Positions 40,986-55,379 of a stretch of 64,000 nucleotides of DNA are shown here, one piece after another. The notes beneath the pieces are model-generated. The model had not been told where the DNA came from and made no database searches. It saw nothing but the letters and a program-made list of their open reading frames with translations. This DNA is from Octopus sinensis (taxonomy: Eukaryota), in NCBI RefSeq assembly GCF_006345805.1, contig NC_043002.1, forward strand, positions 115,134,001-115,198,000. The letters run 5' to 3'. The first letter of the stretch is position 1. The number at the start of each line of letters is the position of its first letter. Position numbers and translations under genes: made by a program.

Positions 40986-43212
40986 AGATACATACATAGA
41001 TACATACAAATATATATTTCTTTGGAAAGCAATACTCTCGTATTGCATTACTATTTATATATATATATATAAATTTCGAATTTGTCTTCCCACATAGCCT
41101 GCGCATAAACTAACAGCGAATGCTGCATAAAGTGAAATTGGTATGAAGTTTTCTGAAGGATATGTATAGCTTTCGCTAGTGGAAGCACAACTCTTATTTA
41201 AAGGTTGATTATTTGGGACGAATTATCTGTGATTGTTTAAAGAAGGCTTGAACGTAACTTGAACGTAATTCTAAAACGTAACTCGAAATATTATAATGGT
41301 AGGTAAACAAAAGTATTAACAAATAGAAGAGGGAAAAGAGAACATCACCTTTCAAGTGACCCAGAATAGGTAATCATCATCATTGTTCGACCGTGGTTAA
41401 GCTTGCCAAGTTTAATGCAGCTTATATATGGAGATTAAAATTGTTTGGTATTGGATATCACCGCGTACAGTGATATGTCGTGGACAGTCGAAATAAATAA
41501 ATAAACAAAATCCTTTCACTTTATAATATTCTCTAACCAAAACTCAAACTATGCATACCAATACACATATAAAAATATGTAGAAGAAATAATACAGAATT
41601 ACAACATATAAATTGATAATAAATAAAAAAAATGTTAAATGTGATAGCCACTAAAAAATATTCTCTGGTGCCAATATACGACCATATAAGGTTTAAAAAG
41701 TATGGAAATTCCTACATACAAAAAGTACTATGTACATACAACGAATTCTTTGAAACTAACATAAATATTTACTTACATGAAAGAAAATTACCGGTGACAT
41801 AATACATGTTGTGCTAAAGATAGCAGCTAAAAATATTTTTTTGATAAACCGTCTAAATTAACATAAATATTTATTTGCACCAAAGCAAAATGACAGTTTT
41901 CAAGTCCTGTCTCCTAATAGGATCACCGCGCAGGTGGACAATCGAAATAGATAAATAGACGAAATCCTTTCACTTTTATAAGAAGATTGAAAATGTATGG
42001 AAGACTCTATATACAGAAAAAACTATGTCCATTTACATCCGTTTACGCGGGAGCTCTAGGCAAAATATTACAGTGCATGACCATCTTGGGGATATAAGTA
42101 ATGTGTTTGTAAAGTTTGGAGAAAATCAGTAGAGAATTGTGGAAATGTATGCGTTAGCCATTATGGACACACACATACTGTGATTTATATATAATATTTT
42201 CAATTTCTGTGCACCAAATTCACTCACGAAGCTTTGAGTGAGCTATAGATGACCCTTGCCCAAGGTGCCGCGTAGTAGGACTAAACCCAAGGCTATATGG
42301 TTAGAAACAAGCTTTTCAGCCGCACAGCTACGCCTGCTATTTTATTATTAGAAATTGTGTGTGGGTGCCTCTGTGTGCTTGTATGAGTTAATGTTTATAT
42401 AGGTATATATATGTCGATAAACAAACCATTAGTCTCAAAGAAATTTCCTAATTATACATAACGATCCTGGATATAGAAATTGCTATTGATCTATGATGTG
42501 TGACTATATAAATGCTTAACCGTCAGTTCAGTTTGTAAGTTACTAAGACACTACATGTTTCTATGTGTTTGTAGGTTTTCGCAAAAGGGTGCTAGTCAAC
42601 ATATATCACAAAACTATACGAATATATCAATACTATTATATTGATATTGGAAGAAAGCAATGTTTTAAAAGTTTCACTTCAAAATATCAGCAAAGCATTT
42701 CAGAGGCTAAACATATCAATAGATGCTTCTATAATATCATTCATAATAGTCAACCCCATTATTAGTACGTACACATACGTCCATACTAGTGTTTACGCGT
42801 GGAAGGGTTGATTTGAGCAGCATCAAAGAGTAATCAATATTATATCAAGAATCCAACACGCGGTTTGCCAGCAAAGGATTCTTTATTCTCATTGGTTTGA
42901 TATGAAAATATATATTTCGTATTACGGTAAAATGCTTATGAATCCACATAATTAACTCTTTGCTCATAGAACCTTGTGCAGTTTTTCTTATACATACTTA
43001 CATTAATACATATGTAGATATATTTTATATAGATAGATAGATAGATAGATAGATAGACAGAGATATATACACCATGCCCACACACATACATACATACATA
43101 CATACATACATACATACATACATACATACATCCTACATACATATACTATATATATATATCTAATATATATATATATATTATATATATATATAGATAGATA
43201 TATTATTTACTA

Positions 43213-43790
43213 TAAAGTTAATCCAAACAAAAAACACAGGACAAAAAGAGAAAAAACACAGCAACGCGAGGACGTGGAACAATTAAAGTATTATTTGACG
43301 CTCAGGAAAGAAGGAAGGAGGTTTTAACGTTTCGGGCGGAGCTCTTCGTCGGAAACAAGAGAGGGAAAACTCCCGAGAGGGAAGACAGAGGAAAAAAATA
43401 TTTTTGCTGGTTGCTCAAGAGATCACATGTTGAAAGAACAGAAGTTGAGAGGTATAGAAATCATGATTTTTTTAAAACAGAGAGTTTCAAAGACAAGGAA
43501 TGTGTGTGGGTGCGCGTGTGTGTGTGTGTGTGTGTGCAAGGATGACAAGTGTGTTTGTGCGTGCGTGCGTATTTGAGTGTGTGTATGTGTGGTAAATAAT
43601 AGGCATAGCAAGCTAGCTGTCATAAAGGAGTGGCACTTGTATCCAGCCAGGTCAAATCCAGGTCAAAAAACAAAGGGGATGTGTGTGCGTATAAGTATAT
43701 GTATCATGTGTGTGTGTTGTTTGTAGTGTGTGTGCATGTGTGTGTTCGTGTGTGTATGCGTAGAGTTTGGGTGTGTGGCGAGTAACTATG
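43213..43790 (-). mobile_element. PLE 3' tail with HHR at 43321-43356 (C4 core variant)
   Basis: GTTT-CCGACGA-AGAGC(tcc)GCCC-GAAA-CGT-TA-AAAC; layout like 56770-57600. Confidence 0.7.
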
Positions 43791-45870
43791 CTTAACCTAG
43801 TGTATGTGTGCAAGTGTGCTTGTACGTGTGTGTGTGTGTGTGTAGGGATGTATGTGTGGGTTCATTTCTGTGAGTGTGCATGTATGTACGTGTATGTGTG
43901 TGCGTGTATGTGTGCGTTTGTATGTGTTTATGTGTATGTGTGCGTGCTCGGTAAGGTGTATATTGTGTATGTATATCTGTCGGTGTGTATGTGAGTTTGT
44001 GTGTGTTTGTACGTATGTATGTGTGTGTGCGTGTATAGTATATATATATATAAATGTGTGTGTGTAAGTGTGTGTGTGTGTATGTATGTGTATGTGTATG
44101 TATGTATGTGTGCATGCGTGTATGTGTGTGTGTATGTATGTATGTATATGTATGTGTATGTATGTATCTATGTATGTATGTGTGTACGTATGTGTGTGTA
44201 TGTTTGTATGTGTGTATGTGTATGTATGTGTTTATATGTATGCGTGTGTGTATGTATGTATGTGTGTATGTGTGTGTATGTGTGTATGTATGTATGTATG
44301 TGTGTGTATGTATGCATGTGTGTATGAGTGTGTGTATGTGTGTATATGTGTGTATGTATGTGTGTATGTATGTGTGTGTGTATGTATGTATGTGTGCCTG
44401 CGTGTATGTGTGCATGGGTGTGTGTATGTATGTATATGTATGTGCGTGTGTGTGTATGTATGTATCTATGTATGTATGTGTGTATGTATGTGTGTGTGTA
44501 TGTATGTGTGTATGTGTGTATGTGTGTGTATGTGTATGTATGTATATGTATGCGTGTGTGTATGTATGTATGTGTGTATGTGTATATGTGTGTGTATGTA
44601 TGTATGTATGTATGTGTGTGTGTATGTATGTATGTATGTATGTATGTATGTATGTATGTATGTATGTACGTACGTATGTATGTATGTGTGTGTGTATGTG
44701 TGTAAGTGTGTGTGTGTATGTATGTATGTATGTATGTACGTATGTATGTATGTATTTATACATGCGTGTATGTGTGTATGTGCGTGTGTGTACGTACGTA
44801 TGTATGTATATGTATGTGTGTGTATGTGTGTATGTGTGTATGTGTGTATGTGTGCGTATGTGTGTGTGTATGTATGTGTATGTATGTATGTGTGCATGCG
44901 TGTGTGTGTGCATGTGTGTGTCTGTATGTATGTATATGTATGTGTGTGTGTATGTATATATATGTCTATGTATGTATGTGTGTATGTATGCGTGTGTGTA
45001 TGTATGTATGGTGTGTATGTGTGTATGTGTGCGTGTATGTATGTATATGTATGCGTGTGTGTATGTAAGTATGTGTGTATGTATGTATGTATGTGTGTGT
45101 ATGTGTGTGTGTATGTGTGTGTGTGTGTATGTATGTGTGTATGTGTGTGTATGTATGTGTGTATGTATGTATGTATGTAAGTGTGTGTGTGTGTATGTAT
45201 GTGCGTATGCATGTGTGTATGTGTGTGTATGTATGTGTATATATGTATGTATGTGTGCATGCGTGTATGTGTGCATGTGCGTGTGTGTACGTATGTATAT
45301 GTATGTGTGTGTGTATGTATGTATATGTATGTGTGTGTATGTATGTATGTATCTATGTATGTGTGTATGTGTGTGTATGTATGTGTGTATGTGTGTATGT
45401 GTGTGTGTATGTATGTATGTATGTATATGTATGTGTGTGTATGTGTGTATGTGTGTGTATGTTTGTGTATATATGTATGTATGTGTATGCGTGTGTGTAT
45501 GTATGTGTGTGTATGTATGTTTGTATGTGTGTGTGTATGTGTGTATGTATGTGTGTATGTATGTATGTAAGTATGTGTGTACGTGTGTGTGTATGTGTGT
45601 ATGTATGTATGTGTGTGTATGTATGTATGTATGTATGTGTGCGTGCGTGTGTTTGTTGGTATGTGTGTGTGTATGTATGTATGTATATGTATGTGTGTGT
45701 ATGTATGTATGTATGTATGTGTGTGTGTGAATGTATGTATGTGTGCATATGTATATGTGTGTGTACGTATGTGTGTATGTATGTATGTGTGTGTATGTAT
45801 GTATGTATTTATGTATGTATGTATGTATGCGTGTGTGTGTATGATATATATATATATATATATATATACA
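43790..45870. repeat. ~2-kb compound (GT)/(ATGT) microsatellite
   Basis: Directly visible; source of the 710-aa H/T/Y/I ORF. Confidence 0.97.
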
Positions 45871-46039
45871 ACAAATATGAGGGAATACAAGTTCAAAAGA
45901 AGCTATGTCCAGCCAATCACTCAAAAAAGTCTTAGAATGAATAACGTACTTAATCCATAATCGTTAGTCCGACAAAATACATTTTACATATTATATATAT
46001 ATTCATTTTAGCCCAAGGGATGAGGCCATGCTGGGGCAC

Positions 46040-46980
46040 CGCCAGTACTATAAACTTTGCAATGGCAATTCTCTTATGGATGGCTTTTGGTGAAGGAGGT
46101 AGTCTGATACGGTTGCTCTCTTTTTGAGCTTCTTGCCATGATGTAGGTTCGTTTAAGATGGGGAGGGCAGGATATCAAATTGTTTCCTGGAAACAGCTAC
46201 CAGTAACAACTTCGTATAGATCTCTTGGATCTTTTAGCAATGTATTAAATAGCTGTGGACCTTTGATTTCCAGACTATTGCAGTCCTTGGTCACCACTCT
46301 TGACGTGCTGAGTGGTACGTCTTGAACAATCCAGTGACATCCAGTTTGGGAGCTGGTATAAATTTCGATTCCGAAATTTCGTGTCAGCCCTGTAGGATCT
46401 TCCATATGTATATCACTGCATATCTCTCCCGCTTTTACTCCAGAGATTAGCGCCATAATTCTTTCAATCTCTCTCAGTAGCTCAGCTGTTCCATCGATGC
46501 AGTCTAACTGGTGTAGCATCGCTGAACTGACTCCAATTCCGTTATTGACACTGTTGGGTCACCACAGTTGAGAACAGTGGTCCAGACGGCTGAGGACAAA
46601 AGTCTTCTATACAAACAGCTGAGTTTCCTGATTCTTTATTCCGGAGATTCTCAGAATCCAGCCAACCATTTGCCTGCACATTGCCACCATCTTGAGGATA
46701 TGTACATGAAACAAGGCGTCATTGTTCATATCAATACCCAGATGACGCACTATACTTTACTCTGGGATTGCTGCTCCTTTTGGCTCCGAATATCTTTGTT
46801 GCGGCATATGGTAGCACAAAATGGCTGATAGCGGAGGGATTAGAATTTTCATGCATTACATTGATTGTCGGTTTTTTCAGCCCATCTGTATATGGCATCT
46901 AGGTTTTTCTGTAGAAGATTGCCATCTGTAGAAGATTGACTACTTATACTACTTTCGTATCGTTGGCATAGTTAGTAAGT
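46040..46980 (-). mobile_element. Degenerate CR1-clade LINE RT and 3' region
   Basis: NYANDTK (YADD-like), LQKNLDAIYRWA, KGPQLFNTL. Confidence 0.8.
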
Positions 46981-46984
46981 GTGG

Positions 46985-47500
46985 TTGTCTGTGTAACCGA
47001 TGGCATGTTTACTGAAGTTGACACCATTCAACGATGTGCCGAACTACTCTGCACTGTCGGTTTTGACAGCGTCGGCTGGCAACAGTCCAAGCTGCCAATT
47101 AGATTCGGTGGCCTTGGTCTCTGTTTTCAGGTGGACCTGGCGATACCGGCCTATCTTTCGTCAGTTACCTCCAGCCGCACCTTCATCGGATGGCCGAACC
47201 AGATGACGCCCAGGAACTGGAGACAGTCCACCTTCGAGTAGCTAGAGACATTACTAGACCAGCACCGCCTTGTCTACTTCTGTTCCGCCTCACAGCCAAA
47301 TAGCGGTGCATGGTTGAATTCGGTGCCCTTTTCATCTACCTATACCCTTCTAGATGATGAGTACACTCGTATTGGAGTAGCCCAACGCCTGGGTCGCCGC
47401 GTGTGTGAGTCGCATAAATGTTGATATGGAGACGATTTTAGCCTGCATCCGTTATACTTTAGCCTTAGCGCGAGCTGACACGCTACTTCGGCTAACCTGA
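46985..47500 (+). mobile_element. CRE-clade non-LTR element fragment
   Basis: WQQSKLPIRFGGLGL, LAIPAYLSS, SGAWLNSVP, LLDDEYTRIGVAQRLG..VCESHKC. Confidence 0.8.
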
Positions 47501-47861
47501 AAACGACAAAGATTTCCCCAGAAACATTTGAAAAACTGCTCTGAATCACAGTAAATGGAAGTTAACAAGTTATAAAGACATTACATAAAACACAATGACT
47601 TTAGCTGTCTGGAAAGAACTGAGGGCAAAGGCACAGTCTCGAGCTATCTTGCCAGCTGTTTTGTGTAACAATCTTCTGTTATGACAAATCTGTCAACTCG
47701 TCTGTAAATGATTCGATAGATTGAAGTCTCATAAAAGCCATAGGCATCAGAGCTAAAAAAAAAAGGATAAAATAAATGGGAGGATTCTCCACATATATTC
47801 CAGTCTTTACCTCTGTATATAGGGCGGGTACGAGTGGCTTCATTACGTATAGATAGATAGA

Positions 47862-48406
47862 TAACTTTTTATTGTGGCCACACAGGGCTAAACACAGAAA
47901 AAAATGGACGAAATACAATGTAGAGTTTTTTTCTTTTCGAGGTGGGATGGGTGGGACACACAAAGAAAAAACGTTCGATCAATAGGGATCTGTGGGTTAT
48001 GTGGTGTATAAAAAAAAACAATATATATAAAGTTCACAGTTTAGGTGTAGCCTTGGAAAGAAAAACCTACAAAAAAGACCAAGGTCACCTCAGACAGTTC
48101 GAAAATGCACACATGAGTAAGTCACCTTACCTCTCGTTGTCTCTTTTGGTTACAGATTTACGCTTAAAATGGTGTCGTCTTTCATACTGACCATTTTTGC
48201 CACTTTTACCCACTTTTTATTAAAACATTCGTTCGACAAAGCCTTCCTCTCTATTCTCATCCTCCTTTTCAAGTGGTACTTGAAAAAGTTGACGAGACTG
48301 ACCAGAGAGGAAGGTGTTTGTTTGTAGTCCTTTCAAACGCGTCCACCACACACATTCTTTCACCATAGCCATCAGCGTAACGAAAACCGTTTCCCCTTGG
48401 GGCAGC
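47862..48406 (-). mobile_element. Tx1/L1-like LINE 3' end
   Basis: LMAMVKECVWWTR C-terminal motif; 3' AATAAA abutting (GATA)n. Confidence 0.6.
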
Positions 48407-48407
48407 C

Positions 48408-48449
<42 letters not shown>

Positions 48450-49514
48450 TATGTATGTATGTATGTATGTATGTATGTATGTGTGTATGTATGTATGTAT
48501 GTGTGTATGTATGTATGTTGTATGTATGTATGTATGTATGTATGTATGTTGTATGTATGTATGTAGTATGTATGTATGTATGTATGTATGTATGTATGTA
48601 TGTATGTGTGTATGTATGTATGTATGTATGTATGTGTGTATGTATGTATGTATGTATGTATGTATGTGTGTATGTGTGTATGTATGTATGCATGTGTATG
48701 TGTGTATGTATGTGTGTATGTATGTATGTATGTATGTATGTATGTATGTATGTATGTATGTATGTGTGTATGTATGTATGTATGTATGTATGTATGCATG
48801 TGTATGTATGTGTGTATGTGTGTATGTATGTATGCATGTGTATGTGTGTATGTATGTATGTATGTATGTATGTATGCATGTATGTATGTGTGTATGTATG
48901 TGTGTATGTATGTATGTATGTATGTGTGTATGTATGTATATATGTATGTATGTATGTATGTATGTGTGTATGTATGTATGTATGCATGTGTATGTGTGTT
49001 TGTATGTATGTATGTATGTGTGTATGTATGTATGTGTGTATGTATGTATGCATGTGTATGTGTGTATGTATGTATGTATGTGTGTATGTATGTATGTATG
49101 TATGTGTGTATGTATGTGTGTATGTATGTATGTATGTATGTGTGTATGTATGTATATATGTATGTATGTATGTATGTGTGTATGTATGTATGTATGCATG
49201 TGTATGTGTGTATGTATGTATGTATGTATGTGTGTATGTATGTATGTGTGTATGTATGTATGTATGTGTGTATGTATGTATGTATGTATGTGTGTATGTA
49301 TGTATATATGTATGTATGTATGTATGTATGCATGTGTATGTGTGTGTGTATGTATGTATGTACGTATGTATGTATGTATGTATGTATGTATGTGTGTATG
49401 TATGTATGTATGCATGTGTATGTGTGTATGTATGTATGTATGTGTGTATGTATGTATGTGTGTATGTATGTATGTATGTGTGTATGTATGTATGTATGTA
49501 TGTGTGTATGTATG

Positions 49515-49546
<32 letters not shown>

Positions 49547-49570
49547 CATGTGTATGTATGTGTGTATGTA
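48407..49570. repeat. (AAT)n plus ~1.1-kb (ATGT)n microsatellite
   Basis: Directly visible. Confidence 0.97.
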
Positions 49571-50929
49571 TACAGGCATATTGGTGCAAATAGGAACAAT
49601 AGAACTTAAAATATGAGTATATATATATATGCATGCATTTATGTATATTTATACATGTGCATGCATGTATATATGTAACTATGTATCTGTGTGTGTATAT
49701 ATAGGTATATTAATATATATTAATATAATTAAATATGTATATATATATATATATACATATATATGCAAATATTTATAAACATATACATATACATGTGTAT
49801 GTATGTATGTATATATGTATGTATGTGTTTATGCATACTTGTATGTATATGAGCTCGCTTCTAATAGATATATAGTTTTCTTTCTCAAAAACGTATGTGG
49901 AGCGTGTGTATGTGTATGCGCGCGTGTTTGTGTGTTTGTGTGTGTGGTCTTTCATGACAATTACGCCAGCAGAATTGCTATGGAAATATGGTTCATTTCT
50001 TTATTACTATAAGTCCTATAAAACCTATCCACTACGGAGTAGACGCTATAAAATCTCCACCAAAAGCTTTTAAAGTAAATTATCTCATTTCTGTCAATAA
50101 CTCTTAACATTATCAATGCGAGAATTTGAATCCACAATAAAGAATGTGCACATCACCTTAATTATTTTAGGATGAATCTAGTAGAACATCTTTCTTGGAT
50201 GTATAGAATTATATCTACATATCAATAGAAAAAGAGATATTTTCGCCATGAGTCAAGACTTTAATTTATTGCAGGAAATCTAAGATATAGCAAAATTATT
50301 AGATGCCCAATTTCTCGTTTTATTAGTTTATTGATGTTATTCATCGTAAACAACGCTTAATGCACTGAGTAAAAGGTCACGTAATGAAGCTTCCCTTATT
50401 GGATTTTATATCTTCTCTCTAGGCAATAGATATCAGTCTATAAAGATTTGCATTCACGTTTGTTGCTTCTTTGATGCTCGAAATTAACTGATGCCTTATA
50501 AATTTATTTATTTTGAAAATATTGATCAGCTACTAGTTTGGTTTGTTCTAGTTTCATGATCTCCATACGGTATCCAATTACATCAACAACAACTCTTATC
50601 TTTCAAAAAGCAACTGTTCATTAATATAATTAATTGAAATAATATTCTAGATCGACGACCGCAAATGTTTTATTTTTCCTTTGGTCTTTAGAAAATACTA
50701 TCCCGTTTATTTAGTCTTCCAGTACCACTTCTTTTCAATGCATTTGTTTTCATTTATATCTTAATATCACAACGCCTTGGTAACTGCTTTTAAATCGGGA
50801 TTTTGTTTTTCAAAACCTGTTTGAAAAGTAAAAGCAAAAAAATGTGATCATATCACCAGTCATTTGCACTAATGAACGTTTTTTGTCACAAATTGACTAC
50901 CACTAAAATTAGCAAGACTATTCAAATAT

Positions 50930-51142
50930 TGATTTCAAATTTTGGCACAAGGGCAACATTTTCGTGGGAGAGGGTAAGTCGATTACATCGATTCCAGTAC
51001 TCATCTAGTACCTATTTTATCGATCCCGAAAGGATGAGCGGCAAAGTCGACCGCGGCGGAATCTGAACTTGGAACATGAAAACGGACGAAATGGCGCTAA
51101 GCATTTCAACCGACATGCTAACGATTCTATCAGCTCGCCTTC
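50930..51142 (-). mobile_element. SINE family 2
   Basis: Similarity to 53543-53742. Confidence 0.8.
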
Positions 51143-51631
51143 TTAATATATTCAAATATTACGATTAAATAATATATCACCGAATTATCTTTTATTCTTT
51201 CTCCTCTTCTCACTACTGCAGTGGATCGACAATTGGGCGTTGAAGAAACGAATACTTATTTCACAATATTTTATATTATTGCTTTCAATGAATAATTATT
51301 ACGCTAAATGTATCAAAATTTCAGATTTCTCGGTAAATACCTTTAACGACTCTTAATGTGTTACATGGATCAAAATATTCTATAATTTACGATGATACAC
51401 ATCATCGCCATTTCTAAATTTAGGAGATGGTGAATTAAATTCTACTGCAATAGGATTATGAACAGCTGATTATGTGAAAGCATATTCAATGTCTACAATA
51501 TATTAAGTTTGCATTAAAATAATGCAAGGAATGAGACCAAAGTTCCTCGATTCACTTATTCACTATCTTTTCAAGTGGAAGTGCAGCATATTCCACCGCA
51601 GGTTACCAAGCCTAGATCTGAAACTTTAATG

Positions 51632-51884
51632 CAGTGGATCTCAACTATTTTTTGTCTATAGGCCCTTTTGATTCCTATTTTACTTTACTGGACATCCAGT
51701 CTAATAATTCGATGTGTATAAAAGACATACTACTGTATTTTTATAACTAAATATTATTAGGAATTCTTTAAAAATTTTTTATGTTTTGTGTATTGTAGAA
51801 GTAGAAATAATTTGTTGCTCATAAATTTTAACAAAATCTTTCATGGACCCCAAGGGCGATATGGACCCCGGTTAAGAACCATTG
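51632..51884. mobile_element. hAT (Charlie-like) MITE
   Basis: TIRs CAGTGGATCTCAAC / GTTAAGAACCATTG and a perfect 8-bp TSD CTTTAATG. Confidence 0.88.
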
Positions 51885-52834
51885 CTTTAATGTATAATTT
51901 ATTCCGATATAGTACAAACGGAACTAAGGATACTATCCAAAGGTCTTCGCGGGATATATTGTATTTATATGTTTTCAGCGCTGCGCATGCTATCCCGAAT
52001 TATTTCTCCTCTTAAACGACATTTTGTGAATGATTTACTAACGACACAACTCCAACACTCCAGTAGTCGTCACTAATATTATTGATTTCTTACATAGTGG
52101 CAATGATTCAAGAGGAAGGTAAAAATTGTTATATATTATTAAAGCCACCCTCAAGAGCATTATTTAAAAAATGATATATTATCTAAGGTTTTCGTGGACG
52201 ACTACGTTCCTCACTTCAACTAATTTTAGAAAATAATTTATGGCGCGTGTATATTCTTCCCAAGATGTAAATTTATGTCATATTCAGGTTTCCTTTTCAG
52301 TGCCTGAAACTACTGCAGCTGCTAATTATATACACAAATAGAAAATTATATTTCTGCATACAACTGACACGCGAGAAGCGAGTATATCCATAAACAAAAA
52401 AAAAAAATTGTCTTCCAGATATACAAGATTCTATTTCTTACAAAGTAATCTTTCTTCAGACAAAGGTTTGTCTCGTCTCCGCTTAACAATTTGAAAAACA
52501 TGACTACGACTTCTCTTTATTAGTCTCTTCTAGCTTCGGATGTATAAACATTTACGTCATCGGAGATAAAATTATATCAATTATATCAGAAACGAAAGAA
52601 CTATGTAAATATATAATGATTTAATTAACCTAATCCAGTTACGTTGTTGGTAATCTTAGATTTCGAACAAGAGATCGAAGATGTTCAACTCAGTCCCTAC
52701 CATATTTTATATGCAAGACGCTTTCAGTCACATTGCTAATAATTTTAATCAGCATATCTCTTTCTCTCTCTTTCTCTCTCTCTCTTTCTCTCTTCCTCTC
52801 CTTCTCCCCCCCCCCGCTCTCTGTAGTGTGTTTT

Positions 52835-53742
52835 GGTTTCAATTTTGGCAATATGACAAGCAATTTCGAGGAGGGGGTAAGTCGATTACATCGACCCTCA
52901 ATACTAAGCCGGTGCTTATTTTATCGACTCTGAAAGCATGGAAGTCAAAGTCAACATTTGAATTCAGAACACAAAGACGGACGAAATACCTATTTCTTTA
53001 CTACCCACAAGGAGCTAAACACAGAGAGAATAAACAAGGACAGACAAACGGATTAAGTCGATTATATCGACCCCAGTGCGTAACTGGTACTTATTTAATC
53101 GAACCCAAAAGGATGAAAGGCAAAGTCGACCTCGGCGGAATTTGAACTCAGAACGTAAAACCAGAAGAAATACTTATTTCTTTACTACCCACAAGGGGCT
53201 AAACACAGAGGGGACAAACAAAGACAGACAAACGGATTAAGTCGATTATATCGACCCCAGTGCGTAACTGGTACTTATTTAATCGAACCCAAAAGGATGA
53301 AAGGCAAAGTCGACCTCGGCGGAATTTGAACTCAGAACGTAAAACCAGAAGAAATACTTATTTCTTTACTACCCACAAGGGGCTAAACACAGAGGGGACA
53401 AACAAAGACAGACAAACGGATTAAGTCGATTATATCGACCCCAGTGCGTAACTGGTACTTATTTAATCGAACCCAAAAGAATGAAAGGCAAAGTCGACCT
53501 CGGCGGAATTTGAACTCAGAACGTAGCGGCAAACGAAATACCTATTTCTTTACTACCCACAAGGGGCTAAACACAGAGAGAACAAACAAGGACAGACAAA
53601 CGGATTAAGTCGATTATATCGACCCCGAAAGGATGAAAGGCAAAATCGACCTCGGCGGGATTTGAACTCAGAACGTAACGGCAGACGAAATACGGCTACG
53701 CATTTCGCCCGGCGTGCTTGCGTTTCTGCCAGCTCGCCACCT
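52835..53742 (-). repeat. Tandem array of SINE family 2, 184-bp period
   Basis: TATTTCTTTACTACCCAC at 52991, 53175, 53359 and 53543. Confidence 0.93.
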
Positions 53743-55125
53743 TGTATGTATGTTCTGGTATACTACTTAGCCTTTTGCCCGACAAATTGCATAGAATACG
53801 CCTCGTTTGGGGTGTCTAATAATATCCAAACAGATCTACTGCTTTCTTTAGTTATCATTTAAGATCAGAAAAACTCCAGTCTGTATGGCATATTCATTGT
53901 CCAGCAATTTTGATGATCTGATCTTTGTGAATGTAACTCTTTTGCTTGTGGTTTTTAGATATTGGACACCTCTGGTGGGATTCTTTTTATTATTATTACT
54001 TCAACTTTTAATTACTTAAATAATCTCAGATTTGGATTTAGTATGCAAAATATTCCCTTGAGGTATTTTCTCTCTACCATATTGTTAAGAAGCTATTCAG
54101 TTTTTCCAACGCACTAATTAAATGGGGCGTATAACGGAAACTTAACTCTAAGACAATACCTAAAGTGAAATATAACTCTATAAAAATATTATTTCTACAA
54201 ATATTGATTCTACAAAAGTTGAACTTACAGTAATGACCTCTTTAATTACTATTCAGGTTATGGATATATATTTAAAGAGAAAATATTCAAGCGTCTCGTA
54301 TAATACATTTAATGACTCTAATAGCTCTTTGAACACAAAAAGCATTAGTTGTAATGTTTACTCGTTGTTCTGTTAAGTTCAGGTCAATTAAGGAACGGAG
54401 CAAAATGGTCCACTGTTGATTCCAACGTAGAATTAAGAAAATAGAAAAAAGCTGTTTCTATATTCACCAGCAAAAGATCTCAAAAAATACTTCGTCTTAC
54501 TAAGTCATTTTCGCTTCTTTTCCTCCCCAATGGGAGTAATTTTACGTTTATTAGTCAGTAACGTATTTAAAATAAAATGTGAAATAATAACCGAAGCAAC
54601 AATAACATTTTCTTATTCTTTCAAAAGCTGCTTTCTTTTTCGCCTATAAACATATAGCATTTGATAAAACAATAGAAAAGATATTTCGTTGAAGTTTTTT
54701 TTTTTTTTTTCATAATGTTACTATCAATAAACAGACTGGGAAATGATTTAGAGACTTTGGTTGGGAGATTAGTGAGGTATGACTACAGGCAAAAAAAAAC
54801 ATGTCCAACTGTCACAAAGTATTGTGTTATATAAGTTATTAGTATATCTTCTGAGATATAACTTGTACGTTTTACTCTGCATGCATAAATCATCTCCAAC
54901 CCAAAGTACATTAACTGTGGTTTCATAAGATATTTCTCTATTTCTTCATTGAGAGAGAAAGAAATAGAAAGAGACAGACGGGGAAGGGAAAGAGAGGTGG
55001 GAAGTAAATCAGCAGAAAGGAAAAGTGTTGAATTAGCAATTCATGCATTCATTGGTGTATTCTATCACCTACATTCACTAAATAGTCGAATGTAGGTGAT
55101 AGAATATAGGTTGTGAAACTTCGAA

Positions 55126-55287
55126 GGTATACGCATGGTTGTGTGGTATGAAGCTTGCTTCCTGAGTACATGGTTCCGGGTTCACTCCCACTGCGTGGCA
55201 CCTTGAGCAAGTGTCTTCTACTATAGTCACAGGCGGACCAAAGCTTTTTGAGTGGCTTTGGTAGAGGGAAACTGAAAGAAGCCCGTC

Positions 55288-55290
<3 letters not shown>
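55126..55290 (+). mobile_element. SINE family 1, 5' half
   Basis: A/B boxes and body through GAAAGAAGCCCGTCG. Confidence 0.85.
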
Positions 55291-55364
<74 letters not shown>

Positions 55365-55379
55365 GTGTGTGTCTATGTT

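Noticed and set aside
43792-49634. Long ORFs (710, 558, 459 aa etc.) of H/T/Y/I or C/V/M/Y
   Set aside because: Translations of stop-free microsatellites, open in many frames; the same applies to similar ORFs throughout the window
52525-52570. Minus-strand CCGATGA...GAAG-CTAG HHR-like string
   Set aside because: GAAA and the NUH triplet are missing and stem II is unconvincing
52985-53742. Regular array as CRISPR-like
   Set aside because: Units are fully repeated SINE bodies with no unique spacers
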